DNA from: an uncultured Verrucomicrobiota bacterium
GTDB lineage: Bacteria; Verrucomicrobiota; Kiritimatiellia; CAIVKH01
NCBI GenBank assembly: GCA_937996795.1
Contig: CALKUH010000050.1
Span: 5,867 to 69,866, forward strand
Direction of reading: 5' to 3'
DNA length: 64,000 nt
Shown: positions 21,056 to 30,810 of the stretch, one piece after another
Numbering within the stretch: position 1 is the stretch's first letter
Layout of the letters: each line of letters begins with the position of its first letter
Notes under the pieces: model-generated
Seen by the model: only the letters and a program-made list of their open reading frames with translations
Told to the model about the DNA's origin: nothing
The model's database searches: none
Position numbers and translations under genes: made by a program

Positions 21056-21402
21056 AGCGTGGTTTTTATCTGTGTGTGCTGGCGTTGGGGCTGGCGGGGT
21101 GTGCGTCGCCACTGCCGCCGGCGCCGGGCGTTTTGACGCCGCCGGCGCCGGGCGGGTCCATCGTGCGGGTGAACAGCCGCGATGGCTATGTGGTGGCGGA
21201 ATGTTCACTCTTGCCTTCACCGGGTGAAGAGGCCACCGTCTTTGTTGGCGACCAGCCGGTGGGCCGCCTGCGTTTTACCGGCCGGTCGCGAATGCCGTAT
21301 GCGGTGGCCGACCTCGTGGAGGGCCGGGCCCAAACGGGCGACCGCTGGCGGGTGGTGCCGCCGGAGCGGGCGCCTGACGTGGAGGCGGAAAGACAACCAT
21401 GA
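21052..21402 (+). CDS. Small hypothetical lipoprotein
   Basis: A GTG start overlaps the upstream stop. VKRGFYLCVLALGLAGCASP is a lipobox (LAGC). Confidence 0.45.
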   Translation: MKRGFYLCVLALGLAGCASPLPPAPGVLTPPAPGGSIVRVNSRDGYVVAECSLLPSPGEEATVFVGDQPVGRLRFTGRSRMPYAVADLVEGRAQTGDRWRVVPPERAPDVEAERQP

Positions 21403-21608
21403 TGACACTGGCGCAATTGATTCGAAATTTCGGCATGACCGAAATCCTGATCGTCCTGATCGTGCTGATCCTCCTGTTCGGCGCGCGCAAAATTCCGGAT
21501 CTCGCCCGTGCGCTGGGCCGCAGCCTCGGCGAATTCAAGAAGGGCCGCGAAGAGGGCGGCAAGGACGACCACGCCGGCGCAAAGCCGGGGAAGAACGGCG
21601 CGGAATAG
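21399..21608 (+). CDS. tatA: Twin-arginine translocase subunit TatA/TatE
   Basis: ILIVLIVLILLFGARKIPDLARALGRSLGEFKKG is the TatA TM helix plus amphipathic helix. The true start may be the internal ATG at 21435. Confidence 0.8.
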   Translation: MMTLAQLIRNFGMTEILIVLIVLILLFGARKIPDLARALGRSLGEFKKGREEGGKDDHAGAKPGKNGAE

Positions 21609-21725
21609 CCCGTATTCTCACCACGGAGACACGGAGGGGGAAGCGATGTTTCGGCCGGTCTCCCCCCAAAATGACCGCTCCGTGTACTCCAGCGAAGCGG
21701 GTGGTGAAAAATAGTTTCAGCGAAA

Positions 21726-22895
21726 CTACGGAGTCGCGGCGGGTTCTGCGGGGGCTTCCGCGGCTGCGGTCTCGTTGGTTTCCGCGGGCGGCGTCGGGTG
21801 GGACGCGCCGAATTCAATGAACTGCTGGAAGCGCGGATCGTCGCGGATTGGGGCGAAATCCTCGCTTTTTGCCCACGCGAGGACAAAGGCGGACCCGAAC
21901 CGGCGCGAGGCCTGGGTCAGGGTTTCCACACATTCCGTCACCGCCTGCTGCCGCGCGTGGCTGACGGCGAGGTTGTAGAACGCGACGGAATTGCCGGGAT
22001 CGGATTGCAACACCGTGCGGAAGATGTTTTGCGCATTTCGATAGTCGTTAATGGCCATCAGCGCGACGCCGAGGTTGTTTTGCACCGTGGGGTCGTCGCG
22101 CTTGATCGTCGCGAGGCGGCGCAGGTGCGAGAGGGCGTCCTGCGGTTTGTTCAGCGCGGTCAGCGCGGAGGCGGCGATTTCGTGGGCATCCTCCGAAAAG
22201 GGATCGGCTTCGATGACCCACCGTGCGGCGGCGAGGGCATTTTCGGGTTGTCCGCCGGAGAGGAACACGGAGGCGAGTTGCAGGCGGGCCGTTGTGCGCT
22301 CCGGGTCGCGGGCAAGCACGCGGCGCAGCTCGGCTTCCGCGCCGGCGTAGTCCTGTTTGTGCTCGAGGAACCGCGCCAGTTCGAGGCGAGCGGCGAGCAG
22401 TTCCGGCGCCAGTTCGATCGCGCGCCGCAACTTGGCCTCTCCGCCCGAGTGCCCGGCTTCCGCCTCCGCCGATCCTTCGCTGGTGAGAATGAGGGCCTGT
22501 TTCCAATTCTTGATGTCGTTTGCGATCGGGGTCGGCTGATCCGTGCGGGTGGCCAGCGGGATGGCCGGTTTTTCCGGAGCGGCGGCGGGCGGTGGCGCAT
22601 GGGCCGCGCGCCGCTTCGCCTTGTACTGGGTGTACCCGAGCGCCGCCGCGTACAGCAGCACCACGCCGCCGAGGCTCAGCCAGAGCAGTTTGTTGAACAG
22701 GGTCACGCGGCTGCTGTGTTCGCCGCGCCGCCGCCGGACGCGCGTGCGGTGCGCGTGGTGCGTGTGCGGCGCGGGCCCGGCGCCGGCCTGGAGGTAGGGA
22801 CGGGGGGGCTCGGGGCTCGCGGGGAGCGGATAGGATTTGCGCGCGAGCGGCGGCGCCTCGTCGCGGTGATACATGTCCTTTTTATCGGGGTCCAC
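21726..22895 (-). CDS. Membrane-anchored TPR-repeat protein
   Basis: One TM helix (LLWLSLGGVVLLYAAALGY) followed by several TPR-like repeats. Confidence 0.6.
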   Translation of the reverse strand: MDPDKKDMYHRDEAPPLARKSYPLPASPEPPRPYLQAGAGPAPHTHHAHRTRVRRRRGEHSSRVTLFNKLLWLSLGGVVLLYAAALGYTQYKAKRRAAHAPPPAAAPEKPAIPLATRTDQPTPIANDIKNWKQALILTSEGSAEAEAGHSGGEAKLRRAIELAPELLAARLELARFLEHKQDYAGAEAELRRVLARDPERTTARLQLASVFLSGGQPENALAAARWVIEADPFSEDAHEIAASALTALNKPQDALSHLRRLATIKRDDPTVQNNLGVALMAINDYRNAQNIFRTVLQSDPGNSVAFYNLAVSHARQQAVTECVETLTQASRRFGSAFVLAWAKSEDFAPIRDDPRFQQFIEFGASHPTPPAETNETAAAEAPAEPAATP

Positions 22896-22970
22896 GGGGA
22901 AGAACTAGCCGTGCCCCGGCATCAGGTCAAGCGGCGAAGCGGAATGAGGGGTTCGGGCGATACGTACAAA

Positions 22971-24164
22971 TCATGGCGATGGCGCATTGTTCAAGTACTG
23001 GAAGCCACCGGTCACGTCCCATCGAAAAACCGCAACTGCGTCGCTTATCACGAACGACCGCCCCTCGTTATCAGGATAAATCGCTGGCAACGGACAGGTC
23101 CAGTTGAAAGCCGCAAAGGGCCAAGTATTTGAACTGATACTCTTGGTGTTGAATATGCGCTGGGTTTCCACGGCAACGGCTAACGACCCAAACATTTTGT
23201 ATGTCGAATAGTTGTACCCGCCACCGTCTGGGCATGTATTGCCGAACGGCATACCGCCGGTCGAATAATAATGATCCCTCAAATAGAGCGGACCAAAAGC
23301 ACCAAACCAATTATCTCCGGCGCGAAGGTAGAGATCGACGCCGTGTGCCAGTGAGGAGGTGATATCTTCGATCAACGCATTTGCCCTCTTTCGGGATGAA
23401 GCGATGTCAAAGGCGTCTGGTTCGGACCAGCTTTCTGCGAGCACCCCATAGAAGACGCCATCCAAAAAGTCGTCCTCGGAGACATACGACGCACTAGCCC
23501 AACGAGATTCGTTATCGGAATAGGCCTCGGCACATGTGTGACCCAACCACCAATAGGGGTTGCCTGTCGCGATCTTTTGCTCGGATTGATACGGCCATGC
23601 GTATCTCCCCGTCCATAAGAGACGATTGACGAGCGTTGTCAAACCCGCGTAACCCGAAACATGGACAAAAAGTCCCGTTGTTGGCGATTCTACGAAAAAA
23701 TTAGTTGGGAGCGATGAGGCCTGCAAGAGAGCGGCTTCATTGGTCCAATACGGAAGGTCCGCGCCGGGGTTTGAAACGAACCACGCATCAAAGTTTCCGT
23801 TTGTCGAAAGTGAGTGATTCACGAAATCAGACAAGCTTCCCCGAAGACTTGATTTGCAGTGATGCAAAAGTCCCGAAGACACGCCCCTGTAGGGCAACGG
23901 CGGGGCGCCCCCACCCTGGGCCGCCGTGCGCTCCGAAACAGCGTTTCCGCACCACGTTCCGATGTTAACGGCGTAAATATGGTCCGATATCGCGGGTCGA
24001 CCCGCCAGATTGGTTGTCGAGGCGAGCGCACATGTAGCCGACACGAAGTGCGCAACCAGCCCGAGCGCCACTCTGACGCCAACAACTTTTGATGGCAACG
24101 TCCATGCGCGAAACAGCGCCAAGATAAGGGTCATAAACGTGGATGCTTGCCGGAGATGAATCAT
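22971..24164 (-). CDS. Hypothetical secreted protein (low-GC island gene 4)
   Basis: Signal-like N-terminus (MIHLRQASTFMTLILALF...ATCALAST). Rich in W, Y and N. No recognised domain. Start uncertain. Confidence 0.5.
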   Translation of the reverse strand: MIHLRQASTFMTLILALFRAWTLPSKVVGVRVALGLVAHFVSATCALASTTNLAGRPAISDHIYAVNIGTWCGNAVSERTAAQGGGAPPLPYRGVSSGLLHHCKSSLRGSLSDFVNHSLSTNGNFDAWFVSNPGADLPYWTNEAALLQASSLPTNFFVESPTTGLFVHVSGYAGLTTLVNRLLWTGRYAWPYQSEQKIATGNPYWWLGHTCAEAYSDNESRWASASYVSEDDFLDGVFYGVLAESWSEPDAFDIASSRKRANALIEDITSSLAHGVDLYLRAGDNWFGAFGPLYLRDHYYSTGGMPFGNTCPDGGGYNYSTYKMFGSLAVAVETQRIFNTKSISSNTWPFAAFNWTCPLPAIYPDNEGRSFVISDAVAVFRWDVTGGFQYLNNAPSP

Positions 24165-24293
24165 TACGCGAGACTTCACTTTATTGGGGTGCGCGTCTGC
24201 GGCGATACCTATGTGCGTAAAACAGAAGGCCGGGAAGACAAATCTGTTATTTCGATTCATAGCCGGGATTTCTATAGATTGATCATCGTTGTC

Positions 24294-24893
24294 TTATGAT
24301 CCAGAAAGTATATTAATTACGGTCCCCGAGAAAGCATCCACGGCAACGACGGCGGCATAATCGGGACCCAAGGTGTCCGCAGGCAAAAGATATCCAAAAG
24401 TAACAACGTAGACCTCCCCCGAAAGTACCGCCGTAATCGGCGCCCCTGGTTGCAGTTCGACCGTTCCGGCAATCGCGTCACTCGCGGCGGCAATTGCTTG
24501 AGTTGACGAAATCATGGTGGCACCAACGACGGAAAATACATTCGAATCGAGCAATTGAGAGCCAGAGCGTGCCTCCAACAGCATATTGCTCCATGCGCTG
24601 CTAATCGTGAGGCCTCGGATTTCGAGGTTTGTGGAGGTTGTCGCTATCAAGCTTGTGCCCATCGTTGACACAAATTCTGCGGAGCCGCTGCCTGTCAGCT
24701 TCTTAATTTCGAGGGTAACCGCATTGGTGTTTTCGCCCGGCGATATCAATATTCCTATGGTCGCCGCAGTGTTTGTCGGAATTGAGTAAAACTTTGTGAT
24801 GCTAACTTCAATGGCAATGGCTGCGGCGGGAGCGAAACAGCAACCGAGAAGACTAATTCTCCAAGCGTGCAAGCGAATAGTTTGAGTTTTCAT
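24294..24893 (-). CDS. Hypothetical secreted Ser/Thr-rich beta-type protein (low-GC island gene 3)
   Basis: GGAGA RBS plus ATG. Signal peptide (MKTQTIRLHAWRISLLGCCFAPAAAIA). About 200 aa, rich in Thr, Ser and Ala. Confidence 0.55.
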   Translation of the reverse strand: MKTQTIRLHAWRISLLGCCFAPAAAIAIEVSITKFYSIPTNTAATIGILISPGENTNAVTLEIKKLTGSGSAEFVSTMGTSLIATTSTNLEIRGLTISSAWSNMLLEARSGSQLLDSNVFSVVGATMISSTQAIAAASDAIAGTVELQPGAPITAVLSGEVYVVTFGYLLPADTLGPDYAAVVAVDAFSGTVINILSGS

Positions 24894-24906
24894 GTTAGTC
24901 TCCATC

Positions 24907-26295
24907 TTATGGCGGCAGCGTCCGTCTGTTGGGGCCACTATGATAAAGTTGGGAGGCACTGCCAATTGGATGGTTTGAGGGTATATTTCCGCCCGAGATC
25001 GCGCTGTAGTCCTGCACGACCCCAACAACATCGTAGTTATTGTGAAAAAGGGAATCAGCCCGCGATGGCCCGACGGCCCGACCATGCGGCCGATAGGTTG
25101 TGGGTGTATGTGTATGAAAATAGGCGATTGTATAGGTCGGCCTATCTATTGGTGATGGAGTTAGATGGCTATCAGAGGGCTTGCTTCTCGGTCTTACCGA
25201 TGCGTTTGTGTAGGGGCCAACCGTTGGGCCGATATCTGTCGCGGCAAATTCGTATCGTTGCGACTGGGTGTTGACCTGAATCCAGAAACCCTCCTCCCTC
25301 CGCCCCGTGGAGGTCGTGGCGGCAAGCGTATTTGACCACGCCTGGGACGTGCGCTGTATAACCGCTGTGTTCGCAATAATTTCCTGATAGCTTGGAAACT
25401 GCGCAACGAACTCCCGTTCGGTTGAAATTGCCACGGCATTCGTAAGCCATGCCGTGACCCGAACGTTGAAGGTTCCCGCCACTGCGACCACGGTTGTTAC
25501 TGCCGACGAGGGGCCGTTGGTGATTGTATACCAATTGGTTGACGCCGCCCGACGAACCTCAAACAGGTAGTTTGTCGGCGGGAACCTCGTCGGATATGAC
25601 ATGGCCATAAAGACATTTGTCATCAGAAGTGAATTTGTCGGCGGCATTACGATTAAATCGGGAATCAGAAGCTCGTAGTACGTATCGAGATTCGCCTTAT
25701 AGACGACATCTGTAGCGATGCCTGATCCGAGATAATTGGTGATAAGCGCCCAATTCGTGGGTCCTATGTCGAGAACGTTGGTCTGCGGCGGATAGTCGCC
25801 CAATGAACCGACGAGCACCTGTAGGATGCGGTTCGTCACACCATGAGGGCTGATCCACACGTTCGTGACCGACGTGGTGAAGGAAATCTGGTTTTGCAGA
25901 TACCACAAATAGGCGCCCCATGATCCGTAGGCCTCTTTTGTCCCCCTTACCCATCCCGCGTTGTCATAGATCTTGTTGGTGTGATTTCGGGAGTATGACT
26001 GGTACACCGCAACGACCGACGTCCAGGCGGCATTCGCGCTCTCGTAACCCCAGGCGAATCCCTCGTACTCCACAGCCTTGGTCGCGTTGGTGTTGATGAA
26101 GATGTTTGTGGTCCCCACAACTTCCGTGAGCTGACTGGCCATGTTGACAAGCCGATAAGCTGAAATGTTCGGATAATTTGTGAGGACGATGGGACTGAAA
26201 ACGCGATTGGTGTGATAGAGATTGGTAGTTTGAGCCTGGGCCGCGGAAACCGTTAAGAGTCCGAGAACCATTGCGATGCGACACGCACCATTCAT
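24907..26295 (-). CDS. Hypothetical secreted Asn/Thr-rich protein (low-GC island gene 2)
   Basis: Signal peptide (MNGACRIAMVLGLLTVSAAQA). 462 aa. Its stop overlaps the start of gene 3 by 4 nt. Confidence 0.6.
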   Translation of the reverse strand: MNGACRIAMVLGLLTVSAAQAQTTNLYHTNRVFSPIVLTNYPNISAYRLVNMASQLTEVVGTTNIFINTNATKAVEYEGFAWGYESANAAWTSVVAVYQSYSRNHTNKIYDNAGWVRGTKEAYGSWGAYLWYLQNQISFTTSVTNVWISPHGVTNRILQVLVGSLGDYPPQTNVLDIGPTNWALITNYLGSGIATDVVYKANLDTYYELLIPDLIVMPPTNSLLMTNVFMAMSYPTRFPPTNYLFEVRRAASTNWYTITNGPSSAVTTVVAVAGTFNVRVTAWLTNAVAISTEREFVAQFPSYQEIIANTAVIQRTSQAWSNTLAATTSTGRREEGFWIQVNTQSQRYEFAATDIGPTVGPYTNASVRPRSKPSDSHLTPSPIDRPTYTIAYFHTHTPTTYRPHGRAVGPSRADSLFHNNYDVVGVVQDYSAISGGNIPSNHPIGSASQLYHSGPNRRTLPP

Positions 26296-28187
26296 GGGGC
26301 CGCTGGTCCTCCGACGAAAAAGTTGGTCGCCAGGGTCATAAGTTTTTCCTTCAACTCGTTCAGATCTGCCTGCGAGCCTGGCGGGTGGCTAAACGTTGGC
26401 GCGGTTGCATTGATGGCGGTCCAGTGCGCACGGATTTTTGATCGCACGATGGCAAGTGCAGTAATTCCGTCTTGCGCGTCGTCGGGATTCATTCCCGAAA
26501 CAAACCCCTCCTCAAAGTCCGTGAATCCGTCGCCGTCTGAATCAAGTCCGAGCGTAATTCCGACACCTGCGACCCGATTGCTGACGGGTATAGCGTTCAG
26601 GGCGTGTTGCCCGGCGGGCTCGCCGGGCGTGTAAACTCCGTTGTAGTCCTCATCCACAAACGCGCGAATCCAGTAGTTGGACACGGGCATTCCCGCGATG
26701 GAGTAATTCATCGGGAATGAAGCGAAATACTGCTCGCCGGTCAGGCCGCCGCTGGTGATCCACGGCAGAACCGTCTGATGCGTCGCGTCCCAACTGTTCG
26801 AGCTGGTGATGGCCACCACGTACACATCGCCCGTCGCCGCGCCTGAATAGCTGATGGTTCCCCACACCGACGGCACATCCTGCATGGCAATGTCGATGCC
26901 GCTCACGTCGCCCGTGACCAGCAGCGGGTTGCCGGCGTGTGCGCCCCATGGCTCCCACGCGTCGCGCGTGAGGTTGCCGTTCACGTCCCGGAACGCCTTG
27001 ATCCAGTAGCTTTGGTGATTGCCGATCTCGCTGTTGACGTAGGCGGCGGGGCTTGTCAGCGTCAACGACTTGGCCAGCGACCAGCTTTCGGACTCCGTGG
27101 CGAAGACGACATAAACCTTCCCGGTCTCCGGGCCGGTGTAGCTGACGCTGCCGGAGACCGTGGCCGGGTGCGAGGTCGCGGCGTTCGGGTCGGTCTGATA
27201 TACCATGAGTTCACGTCCATCGGGATAGCCGTCGCCGTCCGTGTCGGTCGTCGCGTCCGCTGCTGCGTACATGCGGACGGGGTATCCGGTCTGGACCCAG
27301 TTGTTTGTATCCACCCACACGAGGTTGGTGCCGCCGGTGGGCAGGTCTTTGGCGGCGAAGCTCCAGATTTCCGGGACCAGCTCGCTGCACATGAAGATGT
27401 CGAGGCCATTGGTGAACCCGGCCGGATAGACGATGGTCATGCTGAGGCCGTTGGTAACCTTAGCCATTTTCGAGAAATAGATATTGGTGGTGGTGCTCTC
27501 CTGCAAGAGCATCATCATCATTTCGCCCCCGCCTTCCAGTTCCGCCTGGGCGGCAAGGACTTGGGCTTTCGCGTACAGCCAGTGCTCCACGTCATCAGGT
27601 TCGATAAGGCGGGCGGTGATTTGCACGCGGGCGGGGTCAAGCATTCGCTCCCAATACGCGCGGGTGTCCGGGTGCGCACGCGTGGTGTAGAGCGCGGGCA
27701 TTTTGTCCTTGAGGTAGGCAAAGGGGTCGTAGCCGGTGGCCGGGGACAGCGTATGGATCAACTGGCCTTCGAGATTGTAGAATTCGACGGCGCGCGTGAC
27801 CGGGTTCTCCGCTATGGTGACGGGGTATACCGGCACGCTGTATTCGCGGAGGCCGACCAAGCCCTTTACGAACTCCTTCGGGAACTTTTCCGCCGTGAAG
27901 GGAATTAATCCCGGCTCGCCGGGCTGGCCTTTGAGCACGAAGTCGGCAACCGGCGGCACAATGGGCAGCAGGGCGTATTGCTGCGGGACGAACCACTGTT
28001 CGAGATCGTAGATCGTCTCGACGCGGGCGGCAAAAATGGCGTCGTATTCGGCTTTGTCGAAGTAGACCGCCTCCTCCTTTTCCGTGGCGACCGCCAGTAT
28101 CAGCGTGGCGGCGAGGACGACGACGGCGAGTCCGGAAAGCAGCCGCAGGTCAACCCGTCCGAACAGGCGTTTGAGTTTCTGCACCAT
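26292..28187 (-). CDS. Membrane-anchored surface protein with two tandem roughly 110-aa repeats and TSP type-3-like Ca-binding motifs (low-GC island gene 1)
   Basis: N-terminal TM anchor (LLSGLAVVVLAATLILAVA). DTDGDGYPDGRE and DSDGDGFTDFEEG motifs. An internal repeat (SYTGPETGKVYVVFA...YWIKAF / SYSGAATGDVYVVAI...YWIRAF). Confidence 0.6.
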   Translation of the reverse strand: MVQKLKRLFGRVDLRLLSGLAVVVLAATLILAVATEKEEAVYFDKAEYDAIFAARVETIYDLEQWFVPQQYALLPIVPPVADFVLKGQPGEPGLIPFTAEKFPKEFVKGLVGLREYSVPVYPVTIAENPVTRAVEFYNLEGQLIHTLSPATGYDPFAYLKDKMPALYTTRAHPDTRAYWERMLDPARVQITARLIEPDDVEHWLYAKAQVLAAQAELEGGGEMMMMLLQESTTTNIYFSKMAKVTNGLSMTIVYPAGFTNGLDIFMCSELVPEIWSFAAKDLPTGGTNLVWVDTNNWVQTGYPVRMYAAADATTDTDGDGYPDGRELMVYQTDPNAATSHPATVSGSVSYTGPETGKVYVVFATESESWSLAKSLTLTSPAAYVNSEIGNHQSYWIKAFRDVNGNLTRDAWEPWGAHAGNPLLVTGDVSGIDIAMQDVPSVWGTISYSGAATGDVYVVAITSSNSWDATHQTVLPWITSGGLTGEQYFASFPMNYSIAGMPVSNYWIRAFVDEDYNGVYTPGEPAGQHALNAIPVSNRVAGVGITLGLDSDGDGFTDFEEGFVSGMNPDDAQDGITALAIVRSKIRAHWTAINATAPTFSHPPGSQADLNELKEKLMTLATNFFVGGPAAP

Positions 28188-28293
28188 CTTCTTTGCTCAC
28201 CGGTGTTCGCGATCCGTTCACAGCGGCCCAATGATTGAAATCCTCACTATGGTTTGATCCGGTGTCAAGTCTGTTATCCAGTAATGCTGATGC

Positions 28294-28590
28294 GTGCCCA
28301 ATGCCGATACATACCTGACCGTCGTGGCAACTGTTGTACGTCTACTCCAAGAAGAGCGCACAAAAAAGAAATTTTCCATGAATGCAGTGGCCGTGCGCGC
28401 CGGCTTGTCCCAACAGATGGTTAGCTACGTTGAGCGCGGAATGCGGAATCCAACGCTCGAAACACTTTTGCGAATTTCGAATGCCCTCGACGTTGATCTT
28501 GCGTTGATTTTGAGGCGCGCCGTCGCCGCCCGCGCTACTCCATCGGGCCGCCGGGCGTCGTGTCGTGCGGCTGCAGGTCCTCGGGGATGA
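28294..28590 (+). CDS. XRE-family helix-turn-helix transcriptional regulator
   Basis: VRLLQEERTKKKFSMNAVAVRAGLSQQMVSYVERGMRNPTLETLLRISNALDVDL matches the Cro/C1 HTH. The low-GC 5' half lies in the island, and the 3' end overlaps the convergent TPR lipoprotein gene. Confidence 0.7.
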   Translation: MPNADTYLTVVATVVRLLQEERTKKKFSMNAVAVRAGLSQQMVSYVERGMRNPTLETLLRISNALDVDLALILRRAVAARATPSGRRASCRAAAGPRG

Positions 28591-29701
28591 CGAGGGCGGG
28601 GTTGAGTTGCCGGAGCGGGACGAGGAGCTGCGGCACCCGGTCGTGTTGGCCGGATTTGGCGTAGGCCTGGGCGAGGCGCACGCCGATTTCAATGCGGGTT
28701 TCCGGGGAGAGCGTGCGCGCGCGGTGCCACGCGCGTTCGAGCACGGGGACGGCCTCGGCGTGGCGGCCTTGTTTCATCAACACGAAGCCCTGTGTGTCGA
28801 GCAGGCGCGGATTGCTGGGCTCCAGCAGCACCGCGCGGCGCGCGAGTTCGTCCGCCTCCTCCAGCGCGCGGCCCTGCTCGGCCAGCATCCACGACAGGTT
28901 GTTGGCGGCGCGCACATGGCGCGGGTTGAGCGCGAGCGCGCGCCGCAGCAAGTGTTCGGCGTCCGCGGGACGGCCCCGGCTCCACGCGCGAAGGCCCAGG
29001 CTGGCGAGCAGGTCCGGGTTGTTCGGATCGCGCGCGAGGGCCTCCTCGCCGATCGCGTCGGCGCGCGCCGACTGTCCGGTCCGGTCCATGAACCGGATCA
29101 GGTTCACGCGCTCGCCGCTGCGCATGGGCCAGGTCGCGCGCTCCGGCGGAGAGGCGGTGAGCATCCAGTAGCGGACGGGCCGCCAGGCGGTGACAAAATC
29201 CACTTCGCTGAGGGCGACCTCGCGCCCGTCGTCATACAGCACCGTGAGCGCGCCCGAGGCGGGCGCTGCCGTCACAATGGCGAACCGGCGCCCGCGCTGG
29301 CGTCCGGACCCGGCGGCGAGTTGGACCACGACGGGGCAGCCCGCGGCGACGCGGTCGCGCACCTGCGGGAGGTTGGCGTAGCTGGCGTGCGTCCACAACC
29401 CGAGGCCGGGCAGCAGGACGAGCAGCGCCTCCTCGGTGGTGAGGCCGTCGGCCTTGAGGTCGTTGAGGCGCGCGAGGTGCGGCGCGGGGTCATCGGCATG
29501 CGCCCAATAGTGGAGCAGCCATGGCACGAGCCAGTCGCCCGCATCGGAATAGGCGACGCGCAGGTGATCGGGAAACCGCTCCTTCATCATCGCGGATGGC
29601 GGGACCGGCTCCCGCTTGAGCGGCGACGGCAGCGGCGCGGTTGCGCACCCGGCCAGCAGCAGCGCGATCAGCGCCAGGCATCCGGGCGGGCGCGCGCGCA
29701 T
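28535..29701 (-). CDS. Lipoprotein with an N-terminal globular domain and C-terminal TPR repeats
   Basis: Start MRARPPGCLALIALLLAGCATAP (lipobox LAGC). C-terminal TPR-like repeats (NNLSWMLAEQGRALEEA, LLDTQGFVLMKQGRHAEA). Confidence 0.65.
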   Translation of the reverse strand: MRARPPGCLALIALLLAGCATAPLPSPLKREPVPPSAMMKERFPDHLRVAYSDAGDWLVPWLLHYWAHADDPAPHLARLNDLKADGLTTEEALLVLLPGLGLWTHASYANLPQVRDRVAAGCPVVVQLAAGSGRQRGRRFAIVTAAPASGALTVLYDDGREVALSEVDFVTAWRPVRYWMLTASPPERATWPMRSGERVNLIRFMDRTGQSARADAIGEEALARDPNNPDLLASLGLRAWSRGRPADAEHLLRRALALNPRHVRAANNLSWMLAEQGRALEEADELARRAVLLEPSNPRLLDTQGFVLMKQGRHAEAVPVLERAWHRARTLSPETRIEIGVRLAQAYAKSGQHDRVPQLLVPLRQLNPALVIPEDLQPHDTTPGGPME

Positions 29702-29705
29702 GGGG

Positions 29706-30005
29706 TCAGGGCGCGACGCGCAACTGGTCGATGACACTTTCGATGCCCGGCGTGCCGCGCACGACGCCGAGTACGCGCATGCGCTCCGCCTCGCTGCGGA
29801 CCGTGCCGCGCACGCGGGCCTGCGTGCCCTGCACATCCACGGCGTACATCTTGCTCCGCGTGACGGAATCCGTCGCGAGCCGTTCTTCAATCAGGTCGCG
29901 CGTTTCGCCGTCCGTCCCGGTCGCTTCCGGCTCCGCGGGCATGGTGACGCAACCCGCGAGGCCGAGGACCGCCACGGCCGCACATCGCTTGAGAACTGTC
30001 ATCAT
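29706..30005 (-). CDS. BON-domain lipoprotein
   Basis: [21 protein letters not shown] lipobox. ...[31 protein letters not shown] is BON-like. Lies 5 nt upstream of the TPR lipoprotein. Confidence 0.65.
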   Translation of the reverse strand: MMTVLKRCAAVAVLGLAGCVTMPAEPEATGTDGETRDLIEERLATDSVTRSKMYAVDVQGTQARVRGTVRSEAERMRVLGVVRGTPGIESVIDQLRVAP

Positions 30006-30088
30006 GTGAAGACCCCTCCTTCGTTCCGCCGCTGGACAATGCCTCGCGGCGCATTATATTCCCCCCATTCACTTCAGGAGGAACCCAC

Positions 30089-30715
30089 ATGCCGCATACC
30101 CTACCCGCCCTGCCGTATCCTGCCAACAGCCTGGAGCCGTTCATCGATGAACAGACCATGCTGATCCATCACGGCAAGCACCACGCCGCGTACGTCAACA
30201 ACCTCAACGCGGCGCTCGAAAAATACCCGGACCTGCAGGCGAAGTCCATCGAAGCGTTGATCGCCGACCTCAACGCCGTGCCGGCGGACATCCGCGGCGC
30301 GGTGCGCAACAACGGCGGCGGCCACTGGAACCACACCTTCTTCTGGAACCTGCTGAAGAAGAATGACGGCGCGAAGCCGTCCGGCGCGCTCGGCGCGGCG
30401 ATCGACAAGACCTTCGGCGGCCTCGATGCGTTCAAGGAGCAGTTCGCGAAGGCCGGCGCCACGCGCTTCGGCTCCGGCTGGGCGTGGCTGTGCGTCAAGG
30501 CGGACAAGTCGCTCTGCATCTGCTCGACGCCGAATCAGGACAACCCGCTGATGGCGGGCGTCGCGGAGTGCCCCGGCACGCCGATCCTCGGCCTCGATGT
30601 GTGGGAGCACGCGTATTACCTCAAGTACCAGAACCGCCGCCCCGACTACATCGCGGCCTTCTGGAACGTGGTGAACTGGAGCGCGGTGGAAGCGTTGTAC
30701 GCGAAAGCGGTCTGA
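30089..30715 (+). CDS. sodA/sodB: Superoxide dismutase (Fe/Mn family)
   Basis: [40 protein letters not shown] plus DVWEHAYY metal ligands. Confidence 0.95.
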   Translation: MPHTLPALPYPANSLEPFIDEQTMLIHHGKHHAAYVNNLNAALEKYPDLQAKSIEALIADLNAVPADIRGAVRNNGGGHWNHTFFWNLLKKNDGAKPSGALGAAIDKTFGGLDAFKEQFAKAGATRFGSGWAWLCVKADKSLCICSTPNQDNPLMAGVAECPGTPILGLDVWEHAYYLKYQNRRPDYIAAFWNVVNWSAVEALYAKAV

Positions 30716-30810
30716 TCGCGTCCCCATGACCTTGCGCGGGGCTGCACGGGCCTGGCCTGTGCAGCCCCGCCTTTTTTTGCGCGCAGACGCCGTTTCGGGA
30801 TGAGGCGGGG

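Noticed and set aside
21609-21725. Intergenic region after tatA with short inverted repeats (cacggag ... ctccgtg), a possible sRNA or terminator
   Set aside because: Only 7-nt arms and no U-tract, which is indistinguishable from chance in GC-rich DNA.
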